From Candidatus Woesearchaeota archaeon (GTDB taxonomy: Archaea; Nanobdellota; Nanobdellia; SCGC-AAA011-G17; JACPNG01): DNA of 60,432 bases. Below, one piece after another: positions 39,132 to 48,254 of the stretch. The stretch's first letter is position 1; each line of letters begins with the position of its first letter. The position numbers and the translations under genes were made by a program. The stretch lies in the NCBI GenBank assembly GCA_018303485.1, contig JAGVYC010000015.1:1-60432 (forward strand). Direction: 5' to 3'. The notes under the pieces are model-generated. The model did no database searches. It worked only from the letters and a program-made list of their open reading frames with translations, and was not told the DNA's origin.

Positions 39132-40910
39132 ATGGAAAACAAGCATTTAGCAACGAAATTAAGAACTAACACTTGCGGTGAGCTTACAGCAAAAGATGAA
39201 AACAAAAAAATAAAATTATCTGGTTGGGTTGCTTCAAGAAGGGACCATGGCGGGGTTATTTTCATTGATTTAAGGGACAGGTATGGTTTAACACAGATTG
39301 TTTTTAATCCAGATTTTAAAGATTTCAAGCAAGCAGAGCATTTGGGAAGGGAATTCTGCATCTCAATTTCTGGAATTGTTAAAAAAAGAAAAAAGGGTAT
39401 GGAAAATCCAAAGATAAAAACAGGCGAGATAGAAGTTTTTGCTGACTCGCTGGAAATATTGAATAAATCTGAAATACCTCCTTTTGAAATCGATGACAGG
39501 ACAGTTGCAAATGAAGAATTGAGGATGAAATTCAAATATCTTGATTTAAGAAAGCCTTCAATGCAAAATAATTTGGCTTTTAGGCATAATGTTGCACAGG
39601 CAGCCAGAGCATTTTTAAGCAACAATGGATTTTTGGAAATAGAAACACCAATATTGGTAAAGCCCACTCCAGAAGGGGCTAGAGATTATGTTGTGCCAAG
39701 CAGAACCAATATGGGGAAGTTTTATGCTCTGCCTCAAAGCCCACAATTATACAAGCAGATATTGATGGTATCTGGATTTGACAGGTATTTTCAGCTTGCA
39801 AGGTGTTTAAGAGATGAAGATTTAAGGGCAGACAGGCAGCCAGAGCATACACAGATAGACATAGAAATGAGCTTTGCCACTCAAGAAGATGTATATGCAA
39901 TAGGAGAAGGCATGCTAAAAGAGATATTCAAAAAAGCATTAAACATAGATTTAAAGACGCCTTTTCAAAGATTGCCACATAAAGAAGCCATAGAAAAATA
40001 TGGCTCTGACAAACCAGACTTAAGATTCAACATGGAATTGATTGATGTAAGCGACATAGCAAAGAAATCAGAGTTCTCTGTTTTTAAAGATGCTATTGGC
40101 CAAAAAGGCATTGTAAAGTGTATGATTATACCTTCAAATTTAACAAGAAAAGAGCTTGAAGAGCTTATTGAGTTTTCAAAAATTTATAAGGCAAAAGGCA
40201 TGGCGTGGGCAAAACTGCAAAATGGGAGGCTAGAATCATCCATTATAAAGTATTTTAATGAAGATGTTCAGAAGGGACTAATAAAAAAAACAGATATAAA
40301 GGAAAACCAAACTGTTGTTTTTGTTGCTGACAAGGCAAAGATAGTTCATGATGCGCTTGGAGCCATAAGAAAAGAAATGGGCAAGAGGCTAAAGCTTTAT
40401 AATGAAAAGGAGTTTAAATTCTGCTGGATAGTTGATTTTCCATTGTTTGAATGGAATGAAGACGAGAACAAATGGGATGTAGCACATCATCCTTTTTGCA
40501 TGCCGATAGAAAAAGACATTCCTAAGATTGACAAAGATCCTGGAAGCGTTTATTGCACCCAATATGACCTTGTATTAAATGGTGTTGAGGTGTGCTCAGG
40601 AAGCGTAAGAATACACAAGCCAGAAATACAAAGAACAGTATTTGATGTTATAGGAATAACTGAAAAAGAAGCTGAGGAGAAATTTGGATTCTTGCTGAAT
40701 GCTTACAAGTATGGCGGACCGCCGCACGCAGGCTTTGGAATGGGGCTTGACAGGCTAACTGCAATGATGCTTGGCTTGGAAGACATAAGAGAAGTAATAG
40801 CGTTTCCGAAAAACAAGAATGCAGAATGCCCTATGGATGGTTCGCCTATAGAAATCAACAGCAAACAACTTAAAGAACTGCATATAAAAGTTGATATAGC
40901 CAAGAAGTAA
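39132..40910 (+). CDS. aspS: Aspartate--tRNA(Asp/Asn) ligase, bacterial type, probably non-discriminating
   Basis: 592 aa with the GAD insert, RRDHGG, TPEGARDY, ALPQSPQ, RDEDLRADRQPE and PPHAG..GLDR motifs. Confidence 0.97.
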   Translation: MENKHLATKLRTNTCGELTAKDENKKIKLSGWVASRRDHGGVIFIDLRDRYGLTQIVFNPDFKDFKQAEHLGREFCISISGIVKKRKKGMENPKIKTGEIEVFADSLEILNKSEIPPFEIDDRTVANEELRMKFKYLDLRKPSMQNNLAFRHNVAQAARAFLSNNGFLEIETPILVKPTPEGARDYVVPSRTNMGKFYALPQSPQLYKQILMVSGFDRYFQLARCLRDEDLRADRQPEHTQIDIEMSFATQEDVYAIGEGMLKEIFKKALNIDLKTPFQRLPHKEAIEKYGSDKPDLRFNMELIDVSDIAKKSEFSVFKDAIGQKGIVKCMIIPSNLTRKELEELIEFSKIYKAKGMAWAKLQNGRLESSIIKYFNEDVQKGLIKKTDIKENQTVVFVADKAKIVHDALGAIRKEMGKRLKLYNEKEFKFCWIVDFPLFEWNEDENKWDVAHHPFCMPIEKDIPKIDKDPGSVYCTQYDLVLNGVEVCSGSVRIHKPEIQRTVFDVIGITEKEAEEKFGFLLNAYKYGGPPHAGFGMGLDRLTAMMLGLEDIREVIAFPKNKNAECPMDGSPIEINSKQLKELHIKVDIAKK

Positions 40911-40920
40911 AGAGGAAATA

Positions 40921-41205
40921 ATGGAAGTCAGCAAAGAGTTTATAAAAAAGGTAGTAGCAAATGCAAGGTTGAAGTTGACAGATGAAGAAATAAGCAATTT
41001 CATACCTGAGCTTAAGGAAATTCTAGAGCATTTTTCAAAGCTAAACAAACTAAAAACTGACAATGTAAAACCGAGCTTTCATCCAATAGAGCTAAAGAAT
41101 GTCATGCGGGAAGATGTTGCAAAAAGATCATTAAGCCAGGAAGAGGCATTGTCAAATACAAGGCATAAAAAAGACAATTACTTTAAGGGACCAAGGGCAA
41201 TATGA
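40921..41205 (+). CDS. gatC: Asp/Glu-tRNA amidotransferase subunit C
   Basis: VVANARLKL..EE, NVMRED, YFKGPR; directly upstream of gatA. Confidence 0.93.
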   Translation: MEVSKEFIKKVVANARLKLTDEEISNFIPELKEILEHFSKLNKLKTDNVKPSFHPIELKNVMREDVAKRSLSQEEALSNTRHKKDNYFKGPRAI

Positions 41206-42578
41206 GCATATCACAATTTGTAAAGGATGTAAAGTCAGGAAAAATTGACATAGAAAAAAATACAAAATCAATTCTTGATGAGGCAAAAAAAATAAACAAA
41301 GATTACAATTACTTCAATACAATCTGCGAGAAAGAGGCATTTGCAAAAGCAGAAGAAATAAAGAAAAAATCAACAGGAAAGCTAGCAGGGCTTCCAATGT
41401 CTATCAAGGACAATATCTGCGTCAAGGGAATAGATTCAACAGCAGGCTCAAAGATACTTGAAGGATATAAGCCTTTGTTCAATGCAACAGTCATTGAAAA
41501 GCTAGAAAAAGAAGGCGCAATAATAATTGGAAAAACAAGCCAGGATGAATTTGGTTTTGGTGGTTTTAGCATAAATATAGGTTTAGATAAAAAAATACCA
41601 AAAAATCCTCTTGATAAGGATAGGGTTACAGGTGGTTCTTCAGGGGGTTCAGCTGGCTACACAGCAATAACAAAATATCATCATGTTTCAATTGCAGAAT
41701 CAACAGGGGGTTCTATTGTAAATCCCGCTTCTTTCTGCGGTGTTATTGGTTTATGCCCGACTTACGGGTTATTGTCAAGATACGGCCTAATAGATTATGC
41801 AAACAGCTTGGACAAAATAGGCATTATGGCAAAAGACATAGAAGATATTGAAATCGTTCTTAATATAATCAAGGGGCATGATGAAAAGGATTCAACATCT
41901 TTAAACATGGAGCTGAAAGACAAAAGCATTAAAAAAATAGGAATCATAAAAGAATCTTTGAATGTTGATGAAGATATAAAAAAGATAATGCTTGATTCAG
42001 TGGAAAAACTCGGCACCCCATACGAAGAAATCTCCCTCCCAATAGTTTCAGAATATGGCATAGCAGCTTATTACCTTATAGCAATGTCAGAAGCATCAAC
42101 AAATCTTGCAAAATTTTCAGGGCTTAGATATGGCTATGAAGAAAAATTAGAAGGAGACTTCAACGAATACTTTTCAAAAGTAAGGAATAATGCATTTGGC
42201 AAGGAAGCAAAGCGAAGGATTATTCTTGGTACATTTGCAAGGATGGCTGGATTTAGAGACCAATATTATCTTAAGGCAATGAAAGCAAGAACCTTAATGA
42301 TAAATGAATATAAAAAAGCCTTCAAGAAATATGACATTCTTGTTAGCCCGACAATGCCGATAATAGCCCCAAAATTCTCAGAAGTAAAAAACCTGACGCC
42401 ATTGCAAAACTACATGATGGATATTCTGACAGTGGGCCCTAATCTAGCTGGCCTGCCACATATAACAATTAATGCTGGTTTTAAAGATAAAATGCCTGTT
42501 GGAATAATGTTCATTGGAGATCATCTTTCTGAAAATAAGTTAATAGAAATCTGCAAAAACAAGATATTTAAAAAATAA
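41202..42578 (+). CDS. gatA: Asp/Glu-tRNA amidotransferase subunit A
   Basis: IKDNI, GGSSGGSA, STGGSI, EASTNLAKF.GLRYG and FGKEAKRRIILGTF amidase signature. Confidence 0.95.
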   Translation: MSISQFVKDVKSGKIDIEKNTKSILDEAKKINKDYNYFNTICEKEAFAKAEEIKKKSTGKLAGLPMSIKDNICVKGIDSTAGSKILEGYKPLFNATVIEKLEKEGAIIIGKTSQDEFGFGGFSINIGLDKKIPKNPLDKDRVTGGSSGGSAGYTAITKYHHVSIAESTGGSIVNPASFCGVIGLCPTYGLLSRYGLIDYANSLDKIGIMAKDIEDIEIVLNIIKGHDEKDSTSLNMELKDKSIKKIGIIKESLNVDEDIKKIMLDSVEKLGTPYEEISLPIVSEYGIAAYYLIAMSEASTNLAKFSGLRYGYEEKLEGDFNEYFSKVRNNAFGKEAKRRIILGTFARMAGFRDQYYLKAMKARTLMINEYKKAFKKYDILVSPTMPIIAPKFSEVKNLTPLQNYMMDILTVGPNLAGLPHITINAGFKDKMPVGIMFIGDHLSENKLIEICKNKIFKK

Positions 42579-42594
42579 AAAAATATAAATTTTA

Positions 42595-43053
42595 TTAGAT
42601 TTTATGTTTATTTTGAATTCCTTTTTGTCTTAGTTCTTCAACCCTTTTATAAGGGTCTTGATAGCCATCAATATTGCATCTTGATGTTCTGTCAGAACTT
42701 AAAATGCGATAGTAATATGATTCTAAGCGAACTTCTTCAAATATATCTGCCTTTTTTATTGCATAATCTATGCCAAGACAAATAACATCTAAAGTTGCTT
42801 TTTGTTTTTCTGTTAACACCGTCATTTTCTCACACTCCTGTATTCTTTCTTGTTTTTTCTGCACTGAATTATCATCATTAGTATACCTGCTGATATCATA
42901 GCCATTGCCTTTAAGATCATTAACATATTTTTGGTATATGGAACCTAATTCCATTTTTATCTTATTATTACCTGTATTTTCAATAGCCAATGATAATATC
43001 TCTAAAAATTTTTTGTCTTTTGCAAACAATTCTTTTCTTTTTGGTTCTTTCAT
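42595..43053 (-). CDS. Hypothetical protein
   Basis: 152-aa ORF with a TATA-like sequence upstream and a possible internal duplication (L..I..AI...KY). Confidence 0.55.
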   Translation of the reverse strand: MKEPKRKELFAKDKKFLEILSLAIENTGNNKIKMELGSIYQKYVNDLKGNGYDISRYTNDDNSVQKKQERIQECEKMTVLTEKQKATLDVICLGIDYAIKKADIFEEVRLESYYYRILSSDRTSRCNIDGYQDPYKRVEELRQKGIQNKHKI

Positions 43054-43126
43054 CTTCAGTAAAAAGAATAAGCAATATTGTGTTTGTTTATAAATATTGT
43101 TGTTATCTACACTTTAATTAAAAATA

Positions 43127-43825
43127 TCAACCAAGAACTTTTTTTACATGCTCCTCCCTTGCAACATTATATCCTTGGCTTACAGAATATCTGCATACAT
43201 CTTCGCAGTTCTTTAATAATTTTCTTGGATTTCTGTTGGATTTTTTGAATATCATCTTTATTATGTCATCAGATAACAGCCTTATGTTGCCTGTTCTCTT
43301 TCTTATAATGGCAATGCCATCGCCCTCTGTTAATTCTCCTAGCCTTATAATGTTACTCCCAACCAGCTTTGTCAATCCATTTGAAAGCTTGACTCTGTCA
43401 AAATTATTTGCAACAAGGACTATGGACTTAAAATTTTTATTGTAATAATCAATGAGCTTTTCAGAATCTTCTCCGCTTAAATCTTGTACCTCATCCAGAA
43501 GCAGTATTAAATTTTCATCATCGCTGAAGAAACTGCTGAAAAAGCCATGCCTTCCTTTAATAAGATTGTCAAAATCAATATTATTGTCTGTTATATTGCA
43601 GCTGTAATAAATTAATTCTCTTTTGCCACCAAACCTTCTTATTATTTTTTTTAATATTGTTGTTTTTCCCTTCCCATAATCTCCTTCTATAAACAAAACT
43701 TCACCATTCTCAATCTTGTTAAACACTAAATCTATGTCATAGCCAATAACCTCATCATGAAATGCTAGGGGCTTTATGCTGAACGGATTGCTGAAAAATC
43801 CAATTTCTTTATACCAGGGTTCCAT
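43127..43825 (-). CDS. AAA+ ATPase, ExeA/AAA_22-like (paralog 2)
   Basis: WY..IGF..NPF, Walker A GDYGKGKT, Walker B LLLDEV, RNPR sensor motif. Confidence 0.85.
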   Translation of the reverse strand: MEPWYKEIGFFSNPFSIKPLAFHDEVIGYDIDLVFNKIENGEVLFIEGDYGKGKTTILKKIIRRFGGKRELIYYSCNITDNNIDFDNLIKGRHGFFSSFFSDDENLILLLDEVQDLSGEDSEKLIDYYNKNFKSIVLVANNFDRVKLSNGLTKLVGSNIIRLGELTEGDGIAIIRKRTGNIRLLSDDIIKMIFKKSNRNPRKLLKNCEDVCRYSVSQGYNVAREEHVKKVLG

Positions 43826-43826
43826 T

Positions 43827-44654
43827 TTAGTAATACCTCTCTGCTGCATCTTCCTGCTCATAAACTATTCTTAGTTCCTCTGATTTTTCATCTTTCTTCT
43901 TTGCAGCTTTCTCAGGCTTTTTTGCTTTTTCAATGTTTTTCTTTGCTGAGCTTTCTGATTTTTTAGTTGGCAGTATCTTGTTAACGTGCTCCATTGTAAC
44001 AGTTTCTTCTTTTGTTTCAGCAATACTCTTGCATAATTCCTCGCATATCCTTAGAAATTCCCTGGGGTTATTGTTTGTTCTTTCAAATATTTCCTTTGCA
44101 ATGTCATCCTGTATTAGCTTCTTTCCATCCAGCCTAGAATTTAACATGTCAACAGCCTCAAAATCTTTTAATTCCGGCAGTGTTATAACATTCTTAATCC
44201 TATCTTTTAATGATTCAGAAAAATTCAGCTTGTTGTAATTATCGCCTGTGAAAATAACTGATTTTATATAATTTTGGTCGTAATAAAACTTTAGCCTTTC
44301 TGTATTCTTCTTGTCTAGCTCATTAACATCATCTACAAGAACTATCATGTCCCTTGGTGTTTTCTTGAATAGCCGTTCTATGAAGTTATATTTGCCCATA
44401 AGGACATCTTCAACATTTATGTCTTTTACTTTGCTGCAATCCACATAAGCTACTTTTCTAAAGCCCCTGAATTCTTCAATGGCTCTCTTTAATATGGCTG
44501 TTTTGCCAAAGCCGTTCTTACCTTCTATAAAGATTATATTGCCTGCTTTTATGTTGTATATAACTTCATCAAGAATATTCTCATAGCCGACTAGTTTTTT
44601 ATTTGCATTGTCGTCAAAAGGATTTTCCATGAATCCAAGATCATTATACCACAT
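43827..44654 (-). CDS. AAA+ ATPase, ExeA/AAA_22-like (paralog 1)
   Basis: WY..LGF..NPF, Walker A GKNGFGKT, Walker B VLVDDV, NNPR motif, charged C-terminal tail. Confidence 0.85.
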   Translation of the reverse strand: MWYNDLGFMENPFDDNANKKLVGYENILDEVIYNIKAGNIIFIEGKNGFGKTAILKRAIEEFRGFRKVAYVDCSKVKDINVEDVLMGKYNFIERLFKKTPRDMIVLVDDVNELDKKNTERLKFYYDQNYIKSVIFTGDNYNKLNFSESLKDRIKNVITLPELKDFEAVDMLNSRLDGKKLIQDDIAKEIFERTNNNPREFLRICEELCKSIAETKEETVTMEHVNKILPTKKSESSAKKNIEKAKKPEKAAKKKDEKSEELRIVYEQEDAAERYY

Positions 44655-44871
44655 TTTCCATCTCCTCTGCCTTTTTTCTGAAGAATTCAGATTCAGTATA
44701 ATAGTCTTTGGCTAAGTCTTCTTCTCCAATATCATGGTAGTAAGCCCCTTTTTTATGACATATCTCTGCTTTCTTATAATATTTTTTTGCTGATTTGTGG
44801 AATAAAGAATACAGTATAATAATAACAGCAATTATAACAACCAAAAGGATTATTATCTCTTTTACATCCAT
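44644..44871 (-). CDS. Small single-TM protein with a TPR-like helical hairpin
   Basis: MDVKEIIILLVVIIAVIIILY, then KYYKKAEICHKKG..Y...GE..LA..YY; its stop overlaps the ATPase start. Confidence 0.7.
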   Translation of the reverse strand: MDVKEIIILLVVIIAVIIILYSLFHKSAKKYYKKAEICHKKGAYYHDIGEEDLAKDYYTESEFFRKKAEEMENVV

Positions 44872-45138
44872 ATAATTTTTAATTAAAATTCTCTTATAAA
44901 CTTTACTAGCTTTAAAACTATATTCTAAATTATACATATTCACATGAAAAAACAACCACTAATAAAAGATGACTATGATAAAAAACAACTATGAAAAAGA
45001 AGCTCATATTTCCAGATCCAATCGAGGGTTACAATGAACGCTTTCCAGCAGATAGTTTATTTTAGTTTATGGTTATCTGTAAGCATTCTTTAGCGATCTT
45101 GAGTCCAACTGAAATGCAAGGGTTAGAATAAATGCAAA

Positions 45139-46014
45139 TCAGACAATCTCGCGGATTGCAGCAATCGCAACCTTAATCATATAATCATCCGGCTCTGCTG
45201 TTGTTATTTTTTGTATTAAAGCCCCAGGATAAACCAATGCCTCAGTAATGAAGTTTTTCTTCTTGGAAGATAATTTTAATATTTCATAAGCTACTCCTAA
45301 AATAACAGGCAGGAACAGCAAATGGCTTATAGTTCTTGTTAAAATAGACGTGCTGCCATTAAAATAAAATAAAGCTAGGTCGATAAACGAAAATCCAATA
45401 ATTGCAGTTATAAAGACAACAAGCAAGAAACTAGTGCCGCATCTTTTATGTATTGTCGTATATTTTTTTGCATTTTTTAAAGTTATCTTTTCTCCATGCT
45501 CATAGCAGTTAACAACTTTATGCTCCGCGCCATGGTACATAAACAGCCTTTTTACATCATTCATAAAGGATATTGCATATACATAAATCAAGAAGAATAT
45601 TATTCTAATGCCACCTGCTGCAGCATTAAAATACAAAGTAGTTCTTTCAATATTAAATAATCTTGTTGTTATAAATATTGGCAGGAATAAGAATATAAAC
45701 AACGCTAGAGCAAACGCAAATAACATCATGCCATAAAACCCTAGATTACTTTTTTTGCATCCTGATTTTTCATCCTTTAACATTGCAATGTCTGCGGAAT
45801 AATTCAGCGTATTAATCCCTATTTTCATGGTCTCAAAGAATCCAATTACGCCCCTCAAGATAGGCAGGCTTAATATTTTATATTTTTCAGTCAAGGAATG
45901 AAAATCTTCTTTTTTTACGATTATCTTTTTTTCATTCATTAAAGCTGTTGCTATCTTGTTCTTGTTCCTTATCATTACGCCTTCTATTACAGCTTGTCCG
46001 CCTATGCTTTCCAT
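45139..46014 (-). CDS. DUF1385 family membrane protein
   Basis: IGGQAVIEGVM, YHGAEHK, HKRCGTSF and QKITTAEPD motifs. Confidence 0.92.
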   Translation of the reverse strand: MESIGGQAVIEGVMIRNKNKIATALMNEKKIIVKKEDFHSLTEKYKILSLPILRGVIGFFETMKIGINTLNYSADIAMLKDEKSGCKKSNLGFYGMMLFAFALALFIFLFLPIFITTRLFNIERTTLYFNAAAGGIRIIFFLIYVYAISFMNDVKRLFMYHGAEHKVVNCYEHGEKITLKNAKKYTTIHKRCGTSFLLVVFITAIIGFSFIDLALFYFNGSTSILTRTISHLLFLPVILGVAYEILKLSSKKKNFITEALVYPGALIQKITTAEPDDYMIKVAIAAIREIV

Positions 46015-46015
46015 G

Positions 46016-47221
46016 TCAAACCTGCTTTAAGATTGTGAGCAAATAATTGTCCCCGAAATATTTGTTTGAAATATTCTTAATATCCTCTCTTGTAATTTTT
46101 CTTATATTTTTTATATAATCATCCAATTTGAACTTGTAATCTATCTGATTCCAGAAAAGCAGGTTATCTGCTAATTTTTTGGGATCTTCATTTTCTATGA
46201 CAAAGCTTCCTTCAATGAATGTTTTTGCTTCTTTTATTTCCTTGTCATTTAATTTTTTAAGCCTTTTCATTTCTTTCTTTATTATGTTCACAACAATTTC
46301 TATGTTCTTTTTGTCAGTCCCTACAAATATTGAAAAATAGCCATAATCCAATCCAGATTCATAATGCGCTCCGACGATATAGCATAGTCCTCTTTTTGTT
46401 CTCAGCTCATTGAATAATCTTGCTGACTGCCCCTTTGCCAGTACAGCCCTTATTATATCTACAGCATAGCTTTCCTTGCTGGTTCTATATGGGACCTTGT
46501 ATCCAAAAACAAGGTATGACTGTGAGATTTTTCTTTCTTCTGTAAATGTTTCCTGCCTTTCATTTAATGGCTCGTTAAAAAATAACTGCCTCTTTATTTT
46601 TCCTTCTTTTAAATTTTCAAATTTATTTTTTATCTTTTTCTCTAAGTCATTTACATCTCCAATGACAGTTATTATCATGTTATCAGGCACATAATGCTTT
46701 TTGTAGTAATTTATTATGCCCTTTCTTGTCAGTTTGTTTATAGTTTCCTTATAGCCCGATATTGGGTGCATTATTGGGTGCTTCTTGTACAAATGTTTCA
46801 AGAAAAATACAAACTGGTAAAATTTCGGGTCATCGTGTATGAGATTTATTTCATCAATTACAACCCTCTTTTCCTTTTTAATAGCCTTTTTATTGAAATC
46901 TGAATTTTGTATAATATCTGCAATTACATTAATGCCAACATCAAAATATTTTTTAGGCACAATTGTATAAAAAACAGTCCTGTCATGAGAGGTATAAGCG
47001 TTTAGCTCCCCGCCAAGCCTTTCAATATCATTGCTTATTTCATTTGGTGTCCTGTTTTTTGTCCCTTCAAACACCATGTGCTCTATGAAATGGGATATGC
47101 CTTTATTGGAATCATCTTCATTATTAGATCCAACATTCACTTGCAAGGCTATAACAATAGAGCCAGATTTTCTTTCCTCAAACAACAATGTTATGCCGTT
47201 CTTTAATTTAGACCTTATCAT
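46016..47221 (-). CDS. M16 (pitrilysin/insulinase) metallopeptidase
   Basis: GISHFIEHMVFEGT (HxxEH), NAYTS, EK.VV.DE, RLFNELRTKRGLCY. Confidence 0.95.
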   Translation of the reverse strand: MIRSKLKNGITLLFEERKSGSIVIALQVNVGSNNEDDSNKGISHFIEHMVFEGTKNRTPNEISNDIERLGGELNAYTSHDRTVFYTIVPKKYFDVGINVIADIIQNSDFNKKAIKKEKRVVIDEINLIHDDPKFYQFVFFLKHLYKKHPIMHPISGYKETINKLTRKGIINYYKKHYVPDNMIITVIGDVNDLEKKIKNKFENLKEGKIKRQLFFNEPLNERQETFTEERKISQSYLVFGYKVPYRTSKESYAVDIIRAVLAKGQSARLFNELRTKRGLCYIVGAHYESGLDYGYFSIFVGTDKKNIEIVVNIIKKEMKRLKKLNDKEIKEAKTFIEGSFVIENEDPKKLADNLLFWNQIDYKFKLDDYIKNIRKITREDIKNISNKYFGDNYLLTILKQV

Positions 47222-47262
47222 AATGAATAATTTTATATATCCCATTTATATTGTTTATGCTC

Positions 47263-48252
47263 ATGCGCTTGAAAGAATTGCAGTCCTTTTTAAAAGGCAA
47301 AAACATAGGTTTCTCATTGATATCCAGCGAAGATGCAAATTTCAAGTACTTTAATGGGTTCAATGACCTTATGGGGTGCTTAGTCATATCAAAAAATGAC
47401 GCCTTTATAGTCTCTTCACCCTTGGACATTAATGCTGCAAAATCAAATTCAAGAATTAAAAAAATTTATCCAGTAAAAAGAACATTAACAAGTGCAATTA
47501 AGATTAAGAGCAAAACAATAGGCATAAACAAGGACAATATAACATTAAACCGCTATAAGCAATTTAAAAAATGTTTTAAGAAAGCAAAATTTATTGATAT
47601 AAGCAATATCCTATCTGAATTAAGATCAAAAAAAACAAATGAAGAAATCAGCAGAATAAAATATGCCTGCAGAATAGTTGATAAAATCTTGTTCAGGCTG
47701 GCAAAAGAGCTAAGCAGAACTAAATCAGAAATTGGAATTGCAAGTTTTATAAAAAAAGAAATTAAAAAATATAATTGCGAAGAAGCCTTTCCAACAATAG
47801 TTGCTTCTGGAAAAAATTCCTCCCATATTCACCATATTCCAACTAAAACCAAATTAAATGGCTTTACGATAATAGACATCGGCGTTAAATACAAGAATTA
47901 TTGCTCTGATGTTTCAAGGACATTTTACATTGGAACCCCAAGTAAAAAAGATATAGTGGATTATTCAAGGGTTTTCAATATAATCAACAATATAAAAACA
48001 ACAAAAGACATTAATAAAATAAAATTGTTAAAAAATCAGGTTCATTCATTAGGGCATTCAATCGGCTTAGAGGTTCATGAAAAGCCAACAATAATCCAAA
48101 AAACAAAATTATCAAATGGCATGGTTGTTGCAATAGAACCGGCGTCTTACTATAAAAGCTATGGCATAAGAATAGAAGATACATTTTTAATAAAAAACAA
48201 TAAACTTATTAACCTAAACAAATTTCCTAGAAACCTGATAATAAGGCATTAA
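47263..48252 (+). CDS. M24 Xaa-Pro peptidase family protein
   Basis: IDIG....YCSDVSRT, HSLGHSIGLEVHE, IEP and GIRIED metal ligands. Confidence 0.92.
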   Translation: MRLKELQSFLKGKNIGFSLISSEDANFKYFNGFNDLMGCLVISKNDAFIVSSPLDINAAKSNSRIKKIYPVKRTLTSAIKIKSKTIGINKDNITLNRYKQFKKCFKKAKFIDISNILSELRSKKTNEEISRIKYACRIVDKILFRLAKELSRTKSEIGIASFIKKEIKKYNCEEAFPTIVASGKNSSHIHHIPTKTKLNGFTIIDIGVKYKNYCSDVSRTFYIGTPSKKDIVDYSRVFNIINNIKTTKDINKIKLLKNQVHSLGHSIGLEVHEKPTIIQKTKLSNGMVVAIEPASYYKSYGIRIEDTFLIKNNKLINLNKFPRNLIIRH

Positions 48253-48254
48253 AA

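Noticed and set aside
39104-39667. Long antisense ORFs (e.g. 39104-39667, 21716-22120, 13353-13865, 11654-12121)
   Set aside because: They are shadows of well-supported genes on the opposite strand and carry no motifs of their own.
23322-42578. Bacterial contamination or a chimeric contig explaining the bacterial-type genes
   Set aside because: These genes are interleaved or abutting with archaeal markers, carry TATA-type leaderless promoters and look compositionally similar. Read mapping would still be the definitive test.
43127-44654. Tn7/Mu-like transposon (TnsC/MuB) or Orc1/Cdc6 origin locus
   Set aside because: No transposase, terminal repeats, winged-helix domain or ORB-like repeats were seen.
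44940-45138. Hidden gene or ncRNA in the intergenic gap
   Set aside because: The plus-strand frames checked close within about 25 codons and no convincing stem structure was seen.
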